From: an uncultured Actinomycetota bacterium
Lineage (GTDB): Bacteria > Actinomycetota > Actinomycetes > Mycobacteriales > SCTD01
Direction: 5' to 3'
DNA length: 64,000 nucleotides
Assembly: GCA_963761655.1 (NCBI GenBank)
Contig: CAVXHI010000001.1
Location: forward strand, 292,683-356,682
In this document: positions 28,293-40,473 of the stretch, piece by piece
Layout of the letters: the number at the start of each line of letters is the position of its first letter
Position numbering within the stretch: position 1 is the first letter of the stretch
Notes under the pieces: model-generated
What the model was told of the DNA's origin: nothing
The model's input: only the letters and a program-made list of their open reading frames with translations
Databases searched by the model: none
Position numbers and translations under genes: made by a program

Positions 28293-28962
28293 GTGACCGC
28301 TGTGCTCGTCCTCGACCGCGTCGACGTGGCCGTCGGGGAGGCGCTGCTCCTGCAGAGACGTCAGTGCGGAGATCGCCTCCGGCCGGTGCACGGCCCTCGT
28401 CGGCCCGAGCGGGGCCGGCAAGAGCACGCTGCTGCGACTGCTCGACCGGCTGGAGGAGCCGACGTCGGGGCAGGTGCTGTTCCACGGGCGGGCGCTGGCG
28501 TCCTACGACGTCCGTGACCTCCGCCGCCGGGTGGGGCTGGTCCAGCAGGCCCCGGTGCTGCTGGGCGCGACCGTGCTCGAGGACCTGCGCACGGGCGAGC
28601 CGGTCTCCGAGCCGGAGGCGGCGTCGCTGCTGGAACGGGCCGGCCTGCCCGGGATGCCGCTGGACCGGACGACGTCGGGACTGTCCGGCGGCGAGGCGCA
28701 GCGGCTGTGCCTGGCCCGGGCGCTCGCCGTCCGGCCGGAGGTCCTGCTGCTCGACGAGCCGACGAGCGCCCTCGACGGCGCAGCCACCACGGCGGTCGAG
28801 CGGGTGGTGCGGGCCCTGGTGGCCGACGGGCTGACGGCGGTGCTGGTCACGCACGACCTCGCGCAGGCAGCCCGGCTCGCCGACGACGTCGTCGTGCTCG
28901 AACGCGGTCGCGTCGTCGAGACCGGCCCGGCGTCGCGCAGCACCCACCTGGCGCGCGCATGA
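28293..28962 (+). pseudogene. ABC transporter ATP-binding protein (FetA-like) with a +1 frameshift near 28356
   Basis: MTAVLVLDRVDVAVGEALLLQ is in one frame. DVSAEIASGRCTALVGPSGAGKSTLL...LSGGEAQR...LLLDEPTSALD is in the +1 frame. The span is 670 nt, which is 3n+1. Confidence 0.85.
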
Positions 28963-29726
28963 GCCAGCAGGTCCCCTCCTGGCTGGGCGTCCTGACCAGT
29001 GCGCTGCTCGTCGGGCTCTGCCTGGCGCTCGTCGTCCGGGAGCAGCTCGGGCTCGGGCGGGACGTCGTCGTCGCGGCCGTCCGGGCGGCGGTGCAGCTGG
29101 TCGCCGTCGGGGCGGTCCTCGGAGTGCTGTTCGACCGGGCCGGGTCGCCGGGCTCGGTGCTGTGGGTCACGGGGATGGTGCTGGTGGCCGGCCGGGTCTC
29201 GGGCGGACGGGTCCCCGGGCTGGCCCACGCCCAGCGCACGGCCACCACGGCCGTGGCGTCCGGGGTCGTCGTGACGCTGGGGCTGCTCGTGGTGGCGCGG
29301 GTGGTCGACGTCGAGCCGCGGGTGGTCGTCCCGATCGGCGGGATGGTGGTGTCGGCGGCCCTGCGCGGGACGACCGTGGTGCTGCGGCGGCTGCAGGAGG
29401 AGGCCGTCAGCGGCCGTGCCCAGGTGGACGCCCGGCTGGCCCTCGGGCTGTCGACCACGGAGGCGTTCGCGCCGCACCGGCGGCTCGCCCTGCGGACCGC
29501 CCTGGTCACCGACATCGACGCCGTCCGGACGGTCGGGCTGATCAGCCTCCCGGGCGCGATGACCGGCCTGCTCCTGGCGGGGGTCCCACCGCTCACGGCG
29601 ATCCGCTTCCAGGTCGTCGTCATGTTCATGCTGCTCGGAGCGGTGTCGGTGGCGGCTGTGGTCGCGGCCCGGCTGGCCGAGCGCGAGCTGTTCACCTCGC
29701 ACGGCTCGCTGGCCCGGGTGCCGTGA
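28959..29726 (+). CDS. ABC transporter permease, FetB/YbbM (UPF0014) family
   Basis: The ATG overlaps the ATPase stop (ATGA). 255 aa, multi-TM, with ISLPGAMTG. Confidence 0.75.
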   Translation: MSQQVPSWLGVLTSALLVGLCLALVVREQLGLGRDVVVAAVRAAVQLVAVGAVLGVLFDRAGSPGSVLWVTGMVLVAGRVSGGRVPGLAHAQRTATTAVASGVVVTLGLLVVARVVDVEPRVVVPIGGMVVSAALRGTTVVLRRLQEEAVSGRAQVDARLALGLSTTEAFAPHRRLALRTALVTDIDAVRTVGLISLPGAMTGLLLAGVPPLTAIRFQVVVMFMLLGAVSVAAVVAARLAERELFTSHGSLARVP

Positions 29727-29748
29727 CGACGGGTGGGAGACTGACGGC

Positions 29749-30162
29749 ATGAGCCTCGCTGGCAAGGACCTCCTCGGCGGACCGCCGCCCACCCTGCTCC
29801 CCGACGAGCCCGGCGCCGCCCTGGTCGCCTCCGGGACGGACCCCGTCCTGGTGGCGGCGCAGCACCCGACGTCGTCCGCCGCCTGGGCCGCCCTCGCCGA
29901 CGCCGCCTTCGCCCGGGACGCCGTCGTCGAGTCCTACGCCTACGCCCGCACCGGCTACCACCGCGGGCTCGACAGCCTGCGCCGGGCCGGCTGGAAGGGC
30001 TACGGCCCGGTGCCGTGGGCGCACGAGGCCAACCGCGGGTTCCTCCGCGCCCTGCACGCCCTGGGCCGGGCCGCCGGGGCCATCGAGGAGACCGAGGAGG
30101 CCGACCGCATCCGGCAGTTCCTCGACGACAGCGACCCGGCCGCCCGCGAGGCCCTGGCCTAG
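29749..30162 (+). CDS. DUF3151-family protein
   Basis: 137 aa: [22 protein letters not shown]...[14 protein letters not shown]. The family assignment is from memory; it is typically found near fba and purA in actinobacteria. Confidence 0.7.
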   Translation: MSLAGKDLLGGPPPTLLPDEPGAALVASGTDPVLVAAQHPTSSAAWAALADAAFARDAVVESYAYARTGYHRGLDSLRRAGWKGYGPVPWAHEANRGFLRALHALGRAAGAIEETEEADRIRQFLDDSDPAAREALA

Positions 30163-30620
30163 TCCCTGCGGGGCTCCATCACGATGGCCGGGCGGGCCGG
30201 GGGCTGCGGACGGCGTCGCCCGAGCAGCCCGACGCCGGGCAGCCCGTCCATGAGCCCCATCAGGCGCTCGACCTGGTCGTGCGTGTCGGCCACGGTCCGC
30301 AGCACCGGCAGGACGTCGGTCTGCACCGTGCGCAGGGTCGTGGGCAGGTCGCTCACGACGTCGTCGTCGAGCACCACCGCGAGCTTGCGCAGACCGGGGG
30401 CGAGCTCGCGCAGCGGCTCCTCGAGCTCGGCGACGATGCTGTCCATCCGGGCGGTCAGCCGCTGCACCGACGCGAGGGTCTCGCGGGCCTGCGACACGGT
30501 CTCGCCGAGCCCGCGGACCGCCCTGGTGAGGCTGCTGACGACGTCGGGCAGCTGGGCGAGCGCCTCGGTCTGCGCCTGCAGCAGCGCGTAGGCGGTGTCG
30601 AGACCGGGGAGGCGAGCCAC
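30159..30620 (-). CDS. Hypothetical coiled-coil protein
   Basis: 153 aa with strong G/C third-position bias. I recognised no family. Confidence 0.6.
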   Translation of the reverse strand: MARLPGLDTAYALLQAQTEALAQLPDVVSSLTRAVRGLGETVSQARETLASVQRLTARMDSIVAELEEPLRELAPGLRKLAVVLDDDVVSDLPTTLRTVQTDVLPVLRTVADTHDQVERLMGLMDGLPGVGLLGRRRPQPPARPAIVMEPRRD

Positions 30621-30653
30621 CTCGCGAGGGTACGGCGGTCGCGCTGGTGTCCC

Positions 30654-31530
30654 CTAGGGGCGGACCAGGCTCCAGGCACCCGGCTCGACCGTCCAGGTGC
30701 GTCGGGTCGCCTCGGGACCGAGCTCGCCGTCGGCGTTCACGCCGACCGGCTCGCCGCTGACCGTGACCGACCGGCCGCGGGCCCACCGGACGTCGCGGTC
30801 GCGCAGGTGCGTCCCCGCCGTGAGCGCCCGGCCGTAGCGGGCCCGCGCCCAGGGCCCGGTCGCGTAGGAGACGAGGACGTCGAGCAGGCCGTCGTCGGGG
30901 GAGGCCGTGGGCATGACCGGTGTGCCGCCGCCGATGCCGCGCCCGTTGCCCACCGCGACCATCAGCGAGCGCCGGTGCCCGTCCGCGACCACCCGCCCGT
31001 CGACCTCCACCCACAGCCGCCAGCCCGTGCTCCGCAGCCCGGCGGCGACGGCGCCCACCGGGTACGCCAGCGGGCCCAGACGCGGCTTGAGCCGGCCTGC
31101 CGCCGCGGCCGCCTCCGCCCCGACGCCGACGTGCACGGCGTTCACGACGACGTCGCCCTCGGCGTCGACCAGCAGGTCCAGCGGCCGGGGCGGGAAGGAC
31201 TGCACGACGTGCGCGGCCTCGACCGGGTCGAGGGGGAGGCCGAGGGCACGGGCGAGGTCGTTGCCGGTGCCGAGCGGGACGAGGGCGAGCGGGAGCTCCA
31301 GGCCGAGCGCCCGGAGCCGGGCGACCGCGAGGTGCAGCGAGCCGTCGCCGCCGGCCAGCACGACCTGGCGCCCGTCGGCGGCGTGCAGGGCGGCGTCCAG
31401 CTCGTCGACCGTCCCGGTGCGGACGAGCTCGGCTCCCAGGACCTCCTGGGCCGCGTGGACGGCGTCGTCGTCGGTGCTGCCGGCGTGCGCGCTGGCGACG
31501 AGCAGGAACCCGGACGTGATGGCGGTAACC
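30654..31530 (-). CDS. Diacylglycerol-kinase-family lipid kinase (start codon unresolved)
   Basis: 3' part of ORF 30654..34901. [28 protein letters not shown]. No ATG, GTG or TTG is in frame near the N-terminus (see findings). Confidence 0.8.
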
Positions 31531-31583
31531 TCTTCCTGTCCCCGGGCGGAGCGCCTGGGGCATCCGCCTGTCTGGAGTCGAGC

Positions 31584-32866
<1,283 letters not shown>

Positions 32867-32870
<4 letters not shown>

Positions 32871-34267
32871 TCCCTGCCGGGCATCGCCGCGATCGCCCCG
32901 ACCATCAGCACCGCGACGACGGCGACGCCGACGAAGACCGCGTGCGAGGCGTCGGCGAGGGCGGGGCCCTGCGGGTCGCGGCCGTCGAGGACCGCGTTGG
33001 CGACCGCCCCGAAGGCCGCGACGGCCAGCGCGCTGCCCATCGACCGGGCGAACAGGTTGTTGCCCGTGACGACGCCCCGCTCCGCCCACTCGACGCTGCT
33101 CTGTGCCGCGATGAGGGTGGGGCTGGCGATCAGGCCGAGACCGGCCCCGACGACGAAGCAGGCGCCCGCCAGCGGGACCAGCCCGCGCTCGGCGACCAGG
33201 GCGACGAGCGCCGTCCCGGCGACGACGAGCACGACCCCGACCAGCGCGGTCGCCCGGAAGCCGATCCGCAGGTAGAGCCGGCCGGACAGCGCGGCCGCGA
33301 TCGGCCAGCCGACGGTGAGCGTGGCGAGGGTGAAGCCCGCAGCGATGGGGCCGGCGCCGAGGGTGCCCTGCGCGAAGGTCGGGACGTAGGACGTCAGGCC
33401 GAGGACGACCGCCCCGACGGCGACGGCGACCAGGGAGCTGGCGAGCAGGACCCGGCGGGTGAACACCCAGAGCGGGAGCACGGGGGCGGCCACCCGGCGC
33501 TCGACCGCGACGAAGCCCGCCACCAGCGCGGCACCGCCGAGCAGGGTGACGAACGACGGCAGGGACCCCCACGCCCACGCCTCGCCGCCCTCGAGCAGCC
33601 CGAGGATGAGCAGCGTGCAGCCGCCGCTGAGCAGCCCGGCGCCGGTGTAGTCGATGACGCCCCGGGACGCCGGCGGCTGCTCGGTGAACCGCCTCCGCAG
33701 GACGAGCAGGGCGACGGCGCCGAGCGGGAGGTTGACCCAGAAGATCCACCGCCAGGACACGTACTCCGAGAACACGCCGCCGAGGGTCGGCCCGACGACG
33801 GCGCTGATGCCCCAGACGCTCGCCAGGTAGCCCTGCACCTTCGCGCGCTCGGCCAGGCTGTAGACGTCGCCGGCGATGGTGTTGCTCATGGGCAGGACCG
33901 CGCCGGCGCCGAGACCCTGCACGGCGCGGAACACGATGAGGGCCGGCATCGACCAGGCGACCGCGCAGAGCACCGACCCGACGAGGAACAGCGAGATGCC
34001 GGCGAGCATCACCGGCTTGCGCCCGAGGACGTCGGCCAGCCGGCCGTAGACGGGGGTGCTCACGGCCTGCGCGAGCAGGTAGACCGAGAACAGCCACGGG
34101 AACTGCGCGAACCCGCCGAGGTCGTCGACGACGGACGGCACCGCGGTCGCGATGATCGTCGAGTCCAGGGCGACCAGCGCCGTCGAGAGCATGAGCGCCA
34201 GCAGCAGTGGGCCGCGTTCGCTCCGCAGGCCGACGGAGGCGCGGGTCGGGGCGGCGGTGGTGGTCAT
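32867..34267 (-). CDS. MFS transporter, 14-TMS DHA2 (EmrB/QacA-like) type
   Basis: 466 aa: [25 protein letters not shown]. Confidence 0.85.
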
Positions 34268-34307
34268 CGGCTGGTGACAACCGGGCCCGGCCCCCTAGGC
34301 TTCCCGT

Positions 34308-34601
34308 GTGATCTTCAAGCGGGTGGCCGACGGGCGCCCGTACCCCGAGCACGACACCGCGACCAGGCAGTGGCTGGCGCTGCCGCCGTCGCAGGTCTCG
34401 CTCAAGGACCTCGTCACCACCAAGGCGGTGCTGCGCCTCGACGTCCTGCTCGACGACGACTCCACCTACTACGGCGACATGTTCGCCCACGTCGTCGAGT
34501 GGCAGGGGGAGCTCTACCTCGAGGACGGCCTGCACCGGGCGCTGCGGGCCGCGCTGCACCAGCGGCACGTGCTGCACGCGCGGGTGCTCCGCCTCCCGTG
34601 A
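34308..34601 (+). CDS. Hypothetical protein
   Basis: 97 aa with coding-like codon bias. Its stop overlaps the next gene's start (GTGA). Confidence 0.55.
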   Translation: MIFKRVADGRPYPEHDTATRQWLALPPSQVSLKDLVTTKAVLRLDVLLDDDSTYYGDMFAHVVEWQGELYLEDGLHRALRAALHQRHVLHARVLRLP

Positions 34602-35677
34602 TCGCCGTCGTCGGGGCCGGTGCCGGCGGCCTCGCGCTCGCCTGCCGGCTCGCCGCCCAGGGCACGCCCGACGTCGTCCTCGTCTCCTCCCCGACGCCGC
34701 CCGCCCCCCGCACCTGGTGCTCCTGGCAGAGCGGAGCCACGTGGTGGGACGACGCCGTCTCGCACGCCTGGGACCGGATCGCCCTCTCCGGTCCGGACGG
34801 GGTGCGGCAGGTGCACGCGCTCGCCCCGCTGCGGTACGTCGTCGTCCGGTCTCCCGACTACGAGGCCCTCGCCGACCGGCTGCTCGAGGGCCGGGTCGCA
34901 CGGGTCACGGCCGACGTCGTCTCCGTCGAGGGCGGGCACGTCGTCGGCGACGGCGTGGACCTGCGGGCCGACCTCGTGTTCGACACCCGGCCCGTGCCGG
35001 TCCCGCCAGGACTGCTGCAGCACTTCCGCGGCTGGTACGTCCGGACGGCCGCACCCCGCTTCGACCCCGGGGTGGCCGGGTTCATGGACTTCGGCGTGCC
35101 GCAGCCGCCCCGGGGCGTGGCCTTCACCTACGTGCTCCCGACCTCGCCCACCGAGGCCCTCGTCGAGCACACCCTGTTCTCCCGGGACGTCTGGACGACC
35201 GGGCAGTACGACGACGCCCTGCGGGAGACCTGCGCGGGGCTCGGCGCCTACGAGGTGGTCGACGTCGAGCAGGGCGTCATCCCCATGACGTCCACGCCGT
35301 TCGTGCGTCGGGTGTCGGAGCGGGTCTACCGGCTCGGTGCGGCCGGGGGCGCGACCCGGCCGTCCACCGGCTACACGTTCTCCGGCGCCCAGCGCCAGGC
35401 CGACGCCGTCGCGCGCGCCGTGCTCGAGGGACGGGACCCCACCCCGCCGCTGCCCTACCCGCGACGGCACCTCGCGATGGACGCCCTGCTGCTGCGGGCG
35501 CTCGAGGGCGGCCACGTCGACGGTGCCCGCTTCTTCAGCGACCTGTTCGCGCAGCAGCCGGCCGAGCGGGTCCTCCGGTTCCTGGACGGTGCGACGACGC
35601 CGCGCGAGGACCTGGCCATCATGCGTGCGGCTCCGGCCCTGTCGATGGTCCGGGCAGCGCTACCGTCCCGCGCGTGA
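34598..35677 (+). CDS. Lycopene cyclase-family flavoprotein
   Basis: VIAVVGAGAGGLALA dinucleotide-binding segment and FTYVLPTSPTEALVEHTLFS, a family signature. GTG at 34598. Confidence 0.75.
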   Translation: MIAVVGAGAGGLALACRLAAQGTPDVVLVSSPTPPAPRTWCSWQSGATWWDDAVSHAWDRIALSGPDGVRQVHALAPLRYVVVRSPDYEALADRLLEGRVARVTADVVSVEGGHVVGDGVDLRADLVFDTRPVPVPPGLLQHFRGWYVRTAAPRFDPGVAGFMDFGVPQPPRGVAFTYVLPTSPTEALVEHTLFSRDVWTTGQYDDALRETCAGLGAYEVVDVEQGVIPMTSTPFVRRVSERVYRLGAAGGATRPSTGYTFSGAQRQADAVARAVLEGRDPTPPLPYPRRHLAMDALLLRALEGGHVDGARFFSDLFAQQPAERVLRFLDGATTPREDLAIMRAAPALSMVRAALPSRA

Positions 35678-36936
35678 AGGTCCTCGTCCTCGGCTCCGGT
35701 GCCCGCGAGCACGCCCTCGTCCTGGCGCTCACCCGCGACCCGTCCGTCACCTCGGTCGTCTGCGCGCCCGGCAACGCCGGCACCTCCGACCGTGTCGCCG
35801 TCGACGTGCTGGACGCCGACGCCGTGGTCGCCCTCGCGCAGGGCTTCGACCTCGTCGTCGTCGGGCCGGAGGGGCCGCTGGTGGCCGGGGTCGCCGACGC
35901 GGTCCGCGCGTCCGGGGTCGCCTGCTTCGGGCCGTCCGCCGCGGCCGCGGAGCTCGAGGGCAGCAAGGCCTTCGCCAAGCAGGTCATGGCCGACGCCGGT
36001 GTCCCGACGGCGGCCGCGCAGGTGTTCGAGGACGCCGACCTCGCTGCCGAGCACCTCGCCTCGACCGCCCCGCCGTACGTGGTCAAGGCCGACGGGCTCG
36101 CTGCCGGCAAGGGCGTCCACGTCGGGAGCGACCTCGCCGTCGCCCAGGAGTTCGCCCGCGACGCGCTGGCCGACCTCGGTGGCCGCCTCGTCGTCGAGGA
36201 CTACCTCGACGGACCCGAGGTGTCGCTGTTCGCGGTCACCGACGGCACCACCGTCGTCCCGCTGCTGCCCGCGCAGGACCACAAGCGGGTCGGCGACGAC
36301 GACGAGGGCCCGAACACGGGGGGCATGGGGGCGTACGCGCCGCTGCCGTGGCTGCCGTCGTCGGCCGTGCCCCTCATCGAGCGCACCGTGCTGCAGCCGG
36401 TCGTCGACACGATGCGCCAGCGCGGGACGCCGTTCGCCGGGCTGCTGTACGCCGGCCTCGCCATGACCTCGCGCGGCCCGCAGGTCGTGGAGTTCAACTG
36501 CCGGTTCGGCGACCCCGAGACGCAGGCAGTGCTCGCCCTGCTCGAGACGCCGCTGGCCGGACTGCTGCACGCGGCCGCCACCGGCACCCTCGCCGACCTG
36601 CCGCCGCTGCAGTGGCGGGACGGCGCAGCCGTGACCGTCGTGGTCGCCGCCGAGGGCTACCCGGCGTCCCCCGCCACCGGGGACCCGGTCACCGTCGGCG
36701 CCCTCCCCGACGCCGTCACCGTCCTGCACGCCGGCACCCGCGACGACGGCGACCGCGTGGTCAGCAGCGGCGGCCGCGTCCTGTCGGTGACGGCCGTCGG
36801 ACCGGACCTCGAGCAGGCACGCGCCGCGGCGTACGTCGGGGTGGCGGCGGTGACGCTGCGCGGCTCGCACTGGCGCACCGACATCGGGCAGAAGGCCTCC
36901 CGCGGCGAGATCGCGGTGCCCGCGGCCTCGACCTGA
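35674..36936 (+). CDS. purD: Phosphoribosylamine-glycine ligase
   Basis: VKVLVLGSGAREHAL, VVKADGLAAGKGV, NTGGMGAY, EFNCRFGDPE. Confidence 0.96.
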   Translation: MKVLVLGSGAREHALVLALTRDPSVTSVVCAPGNAGTSDRVAVDVLDADAVVALAQGFDLVVVGPEGPLVAGVADAVRASGVACFGPSAAAAELEGSKAFAKQVMADAGVPTAAAQVFEDADLAAEHLASTAPPYVVKADGLAAGKGVHVGSDLAVAQEFARDALADLGGRLVVEDYLDGPEVSLFAVTDGTTVVPLLPAQDHKRVGDDDEGPNTGGMGAYAPLPWLPSSAVPLIERTVLQPVVDTMRQRGTPFAGLLYAGLAMTSRGPQVVEFNCRFGDPETQAVLALLETPLAGLLHAAATGTLADLPPLQWRDGAAVTVVVAAEGYPASPATGDPVTVGALPDAVTVLHAGTRDDGDRVVSSGGRVLSVTAVGPDLEQARAAAYVGVAAVTLRGSHWRTDIGQKASRGEIAVPAAST

Positions 36937-36950
36937 AGCGCCCGCACCTG

Positions 36951-38321
36951 TCAGCGGCGCTGCAGTGCAGCCCGCGCCAGCAGGCGGCGCGCGTCGTCCG
37001 GGCGTCGCCGCACCCCCACGACGTCCAGCGCCTCGACGACGTCGGCGGCCGCGTGCCGGACCGCCCAGGGGTCGACGGGTCCGCCGCCGCGGGTGCCCCA
37101 GCCGGCCGCGGTGAGCAGCGAGGCGCTCAGCTGGTGGTCCCGTCGACCCGCTGCAGCAGTGACCAGCGCCAGTACCTGGGCCGTGCGCTGGACCGTCGAG
37201 CCGCGCCGTGCGCCCAGTCGCTGCACGACGTGGGACCAGAGGAGCTGCGGCTCCTGCCTGCCCGCCTGCCCGGCCTTCGTGACAGACAGCCTGCCCTTGG
37301 CGACGCGCAGCAGCCCGAGCCGCACGGCGGACGCGCGCAGGGCCCGGACGGGCTCGGTCAGGTCCTCCCGGTTGCCCTTGCCGATCCAGTGGTCGTCCGA
37401 CCAGAGCGCCTCCATCGCCGCCGTCACCACGGCCGGGGGCAGCCACCCGGCCTGCGTGAGCGTCAGGCCGTCGCCCACCCGGTCGAGCAGCCAGGTGTAG
37501 CGCCGCAGGGCGTCCGAGGCGGTCAGGTCGTCGACCACCACCGGCTCCCCGAGCGCGGCAGCGTCGAGCAGCGCCCGGAGCTGGACCTCCTGCGGCGACC
37601 GGGCGACGTGCTGCAGCAGCTGCGCCAGCTCAGGCGGAAGCCCTGCCTCGGCGGACCAGGCGGTCAGCGCCTCCTGGGCCTCGGCGAGGTCGAAGGGCAG
37701 GGCCTGCCCCGCGTCCCCGTCGTGCACGCCCCCGCTGTCCTCCGGCGGGGCCGCCCCGCCGCCGTCGACCACCCGCACGTCCCCGCCGGCGCCGACCTCC
37801 TCGACGACCATCCGGTGGTCCCACTGGTCGCCGTAGTCGTAGGTGTAGAGCAGGGCGTCCCCGACGTCGCGGAGGACCTCGTCGAGCCGGACGTCGCTCG
37901 CGGGCACGCCGTCGTCGTCGCCCTCCTCGACGTCGTACGGGCAGAGGAAGTGCTCCTCGTCGTCGAAGGCGCTGTCACCCAGGGAGAAGCGGTGCAGGTG
38001 GCTGTCGGTCCAGCCGAACACGGCCTGCAGGACGCCGTGCAGCTGGTCGAGCTGCAACGTCGAGGGCAGGACCAGCCGGCGCCACACCGCAGGTCGGGCG
38101 TCGACGAGGTCGACCCGCACGGTGACGGCGTACGCGTTGCGGCTGCGGGCACGGCGTCGTCGCGTGGGAACGGGGGCGAGCCGGCGTCGGGCCCGCTCGC
38201 CGGCGAGGTCCAGCACCTGGGCCGTGGCAGCACGCAGCTCCTCGACGGTCGCTCCCGCCAGGAACTCGTCCAGGCCGGGTGGCAGGTCGACGGGCGGACG
38301 GGGCGGCGGTCGGCGCGGCAC
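36951..38321 (-). CDS. pRiA4b ORF-3-family (MM3350-like) domain protein with long C-terminal extension
   Basis: VTVRVDLVDARPAVWRRLVLPSTLQLDQLHGVLQAVFGWTDSHLHRF...YTYDYGDQWDH. Confidence 0.7.
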   Translation of the reverse strand: MPRRPPPRPPVDLPPGLDEFLAGATVEELRAATAQVLDLAGERARRRLAPVPTRRRRARSRNAYAVTVRVDLVDARPAVWRRLVLPSTLQLDQLHGVLQAVFGWTDSHLHRFSLGDSAFDDEEHFLCPYDVEEGDDDGVPASDVRLDEVLRDVGDALLYTYDYGDQWDHRMVVEEVGAGGDVRVVDGGGAAPPEDSGGVHDGDAGQALPFDLAEAQEALTAWSAEAGLPPELAQLLQHVARSPQEVQLRALLDAAALGEPVVVDDLTASDALRRYTWLLDRVGDGLTLTQAGWLPPAVVTAAMEALWSDDHWIGKGNREDLTEPVRALRASAVRLGLLRVAKGRLSVTKAGQAGRQEPQLLWSHVVQRLGARRGSTVQRTAQVLALVTAAAGRRDHQLSASLLTAAGWGTRGGGPVDPWAVRHAAADVVEALDVVGVRRRPDDARRLLARAALQRR

Positions 38322-38556
38322 GAGCTCGAACCTACGACGCGACGGCCCTCGTCCCGCCCGAGTGGTGATGACCCCGCTGACTCACGCCCATCAGGCTCCT
38401 GCCGGTCGCTTCTGATCGTGAACTGCGGCGTGGAAACGCCTCTCTCACCACTCCGGGCGGGACGAGCGACGGCGTGTGGACGACGGCGCCTGCTGTGGAG
38501 GACGCTGATCGGGCACCCTCGGCACACCTACCGTCCCCCGCGTGGCAGGAGCAGCG

Positions 38557-39078
38557 ATGACGACGATCGTCCGCGGGCCCCGCCCGCCGGAGCTCGAGCA
38601 GCTGCTCGCGCGCCGCAAGCGCTCCGGTGCGGACCGGTTCGACGAGGTGTGGGAGGGGCGGTACGTCGTGGCACCCGACCCGCACAGCCGGCACGGCGTG
38701 GTGCAGATCGAGCTGGGGGTCCTGCTCAAGCCGGTGGCCCGCAGGCTGGGCGCCCGCGCGGCCCTGACCTTCAACCTGGGGACGCCGAGCGACTTCCGCA
38801 TCCCGGACGCCGGGCTCATCAGCGGCCCGCACGCCGTGTGGCACGCCACCGCGCTGCTCGTCGTCGAGGTGCTGTCCCCCGACGACGCCACCTTCGAGAA
38901 GCTCGACTTCTACACCGCCCACGGCGTGCGGGAGCTCCTCGTCGTCGACCCGGAGGAGCGGACCGTCCGGTGCTTCGCCCTGCAGGACGGCCAGGCCGAG
39001 CGCGACCGCTCCGAGCTGCTCGACATGACGACGACCGAGGTGACCGGGGCCATCGACTGGCCCGACCTCGACGAGTGA
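38557..39078 (+). CDS. Uma2-family (DUF820) PD-(D/E)xK putative endonuclease
   Basis: PDAGLI...LVVEVLSPDD...K..FYTAHGVRELLVVDPEERTV. ATG at 38557 follows AGGAG; the ORF opens at 38542. Confidence 0.75.
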   Translation: MTTIVRGPRPPELEQLLARRKRSGADRFDEVWEGRYVVAPDPHSRHGVVQIELGVLLKPVARRLGARAALTFNLGTPSDFRIPDAGLISGPHAVWHATALLVVEVLSPDDATFEKLDFYTAHGVRELLVVDPEERTVRCFALQDGQAERDRSELLDMTTTEVTGAIDWPDLDE

Positions 39079-39122
39079 CCCGTCTGGGAGGATGGCGGCT
39101 CCGCTGACGAAGGAGCACCGCT

Positions 39123-40430
39123 GTGATCGAGCGCTACACCCTGCCCGAGATGGGGCGGGTCTGGAGCGAGGCCCACAAGTACGAGCTGTGGTGCCAGGTC
39201 GAGGTGCTCGTGCTCGAGGCCCATGCGGAGGCCGGTGTCGTGCCCGCCGACTGCGTCGAGCCCGTCCGGAGGGCCACACCGCCCACGCCGGAGGCGGTCG
39301 CCGAGATCGAGGCCGTGACGCAGCACGACGTCATCGCGTTCCTGTCGGCGTGGGCCGACAACACCGAGCCGCGCGAGGCCGCCGCGTTCGTTCACTTCGG
39401 GATGACCAGCAGCGACCTGCTCGACACCGCGCTCGCGCTGCAGCTCGTGGACGCCACCGACATCCTGCTGGCCAAGTGCGACACCCTCGTCGCGGCCATG
39501 CGCGACCTCGGCATGACGCACAAGGACACGGTCAAGGTCGGGCGCACGCACGGCATCCACGCCGAGCCCACGACGTTCGGGCACCGCATGGCCGACCTCG
39601 CCTTCGCGATGGCCCGCAGCCGCGACCGGCTGCGCCGGGCCCGCGAGGCGGTCGCCGTCGCCAAGATCAGCGGCGCCGTCGGGACGTACTCGAACATCGA
39701 CCCCGCCGTCGAGCAGGCGCTCGCGGCCAAGCTGGGCCTCACCGCGGCGCCGGCAGCGACGCAGGTCGTCATCCGCGACGGCATCAGCGAGTGGGTCAGC
39801 GCGCTGGCCGTCATCGCGACGGTCTGCGAGGCGTTCGCCCTCGAGGTCCGGCACGGGCAGCGCACCGAGGTCCGCGAGCTCTGGGAGCCGTTCGGCAAGG
39901 GCCAGAAGGGCTCGTCGGCGATGCCCCACAAGAAGAACCCGATCGCCAGCGAGCGCATCGCCGGGATGGCCCGCATCGTGCGTGCGCAGGTCGTCCCCGT
40001 CATGGAGGGCATCCCGCTCTGGCACGAGCGCGACATCAGCCACAGCAGCACCGAGCGGGTCGCCCTGCCCGACGCGTCCATCGCCACGGACTACCTGCTG
40101 CACCTCACCACCCGCCTGGTCACCGGCCTCGTCGTCGACGCCGACCGCATGCGCGTGAACCTGGAGAGCAGCGGCGGCCTCATCTACACGAGCACCGTCC
40201 TGCTCGAGCTGGTCGAGTCGGGGCTCAGCAGGGAGGACGCGTACGCCTTCGTGCAGGCGGCCGCGATGGAGACCTGGGAGACCGGGACGCCGTTCCGCCA
40301 GACCCTCACCGCGCAGGCGGCGGCCAAGGGGCAGACCCTCGACGAGGCGCGGCTGGACGAGGTGTGCCGGCCCGAGCGGTACCTCGAGCGGCTCGCTCCG
40401 GTCTTCGAGCGGCTGGCCGCACTCAGGTAG
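39123..40430 (+). CDS. purB: Adenylosuccinate lyase
   Basis: 435 aa: GMTSSDLLDT, GRTHGIHAEPTTFG, SSAMPHKKNP. Confidence 0.96.
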   Translation: MIERYTLPEMGRVWSEAHKYELWCQVEVLVLEAHAEAGVVPADCVEPVRRATPPTPEAVAEIEAVTQHDVIAFLSAWADNTEPREAAAFVHFGMTSSDLLDTALALQLVDATDILLAKCDTLVAAMRDLGMTHKDTVKVGRTHGIHAEPTTFGHRMADLAFAMARSRDRLRRAREAVAVAKISGAVGTYSNIDPAVEQALAAKLGLTAAPAATQVVIRDGISEWVSALAVIATVCEAFALEVRHGQRTEVRELWEPFGKGQKGSSAMPHKKNPIASERIAGMARIVRAQVVPVMEGIPLWHERDISHSSTERVALPDASIATDYLLHLTTRLVTGLVVDADRMRVNLESSGGLIYTSTVLLELVESGLSREDAYAFVQAAAMETWETGTPFRQTLTAQAAAKGQTLDEARLDEVCRPERYLERLAPVFERLAALR

Positions 40431-40473
40431 TCCTGCTCAGGCCCCGTGGCCCGTCCGGCGACAGCCTGGCCGC

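Noticed and set aside
36951-39078. IS element or transposon, suggested by the pRiA4b ORF-3 'passenger' family
   Set aside because: There is no transposase ORF, and I could find no terminal inverted repeats or target duplication.
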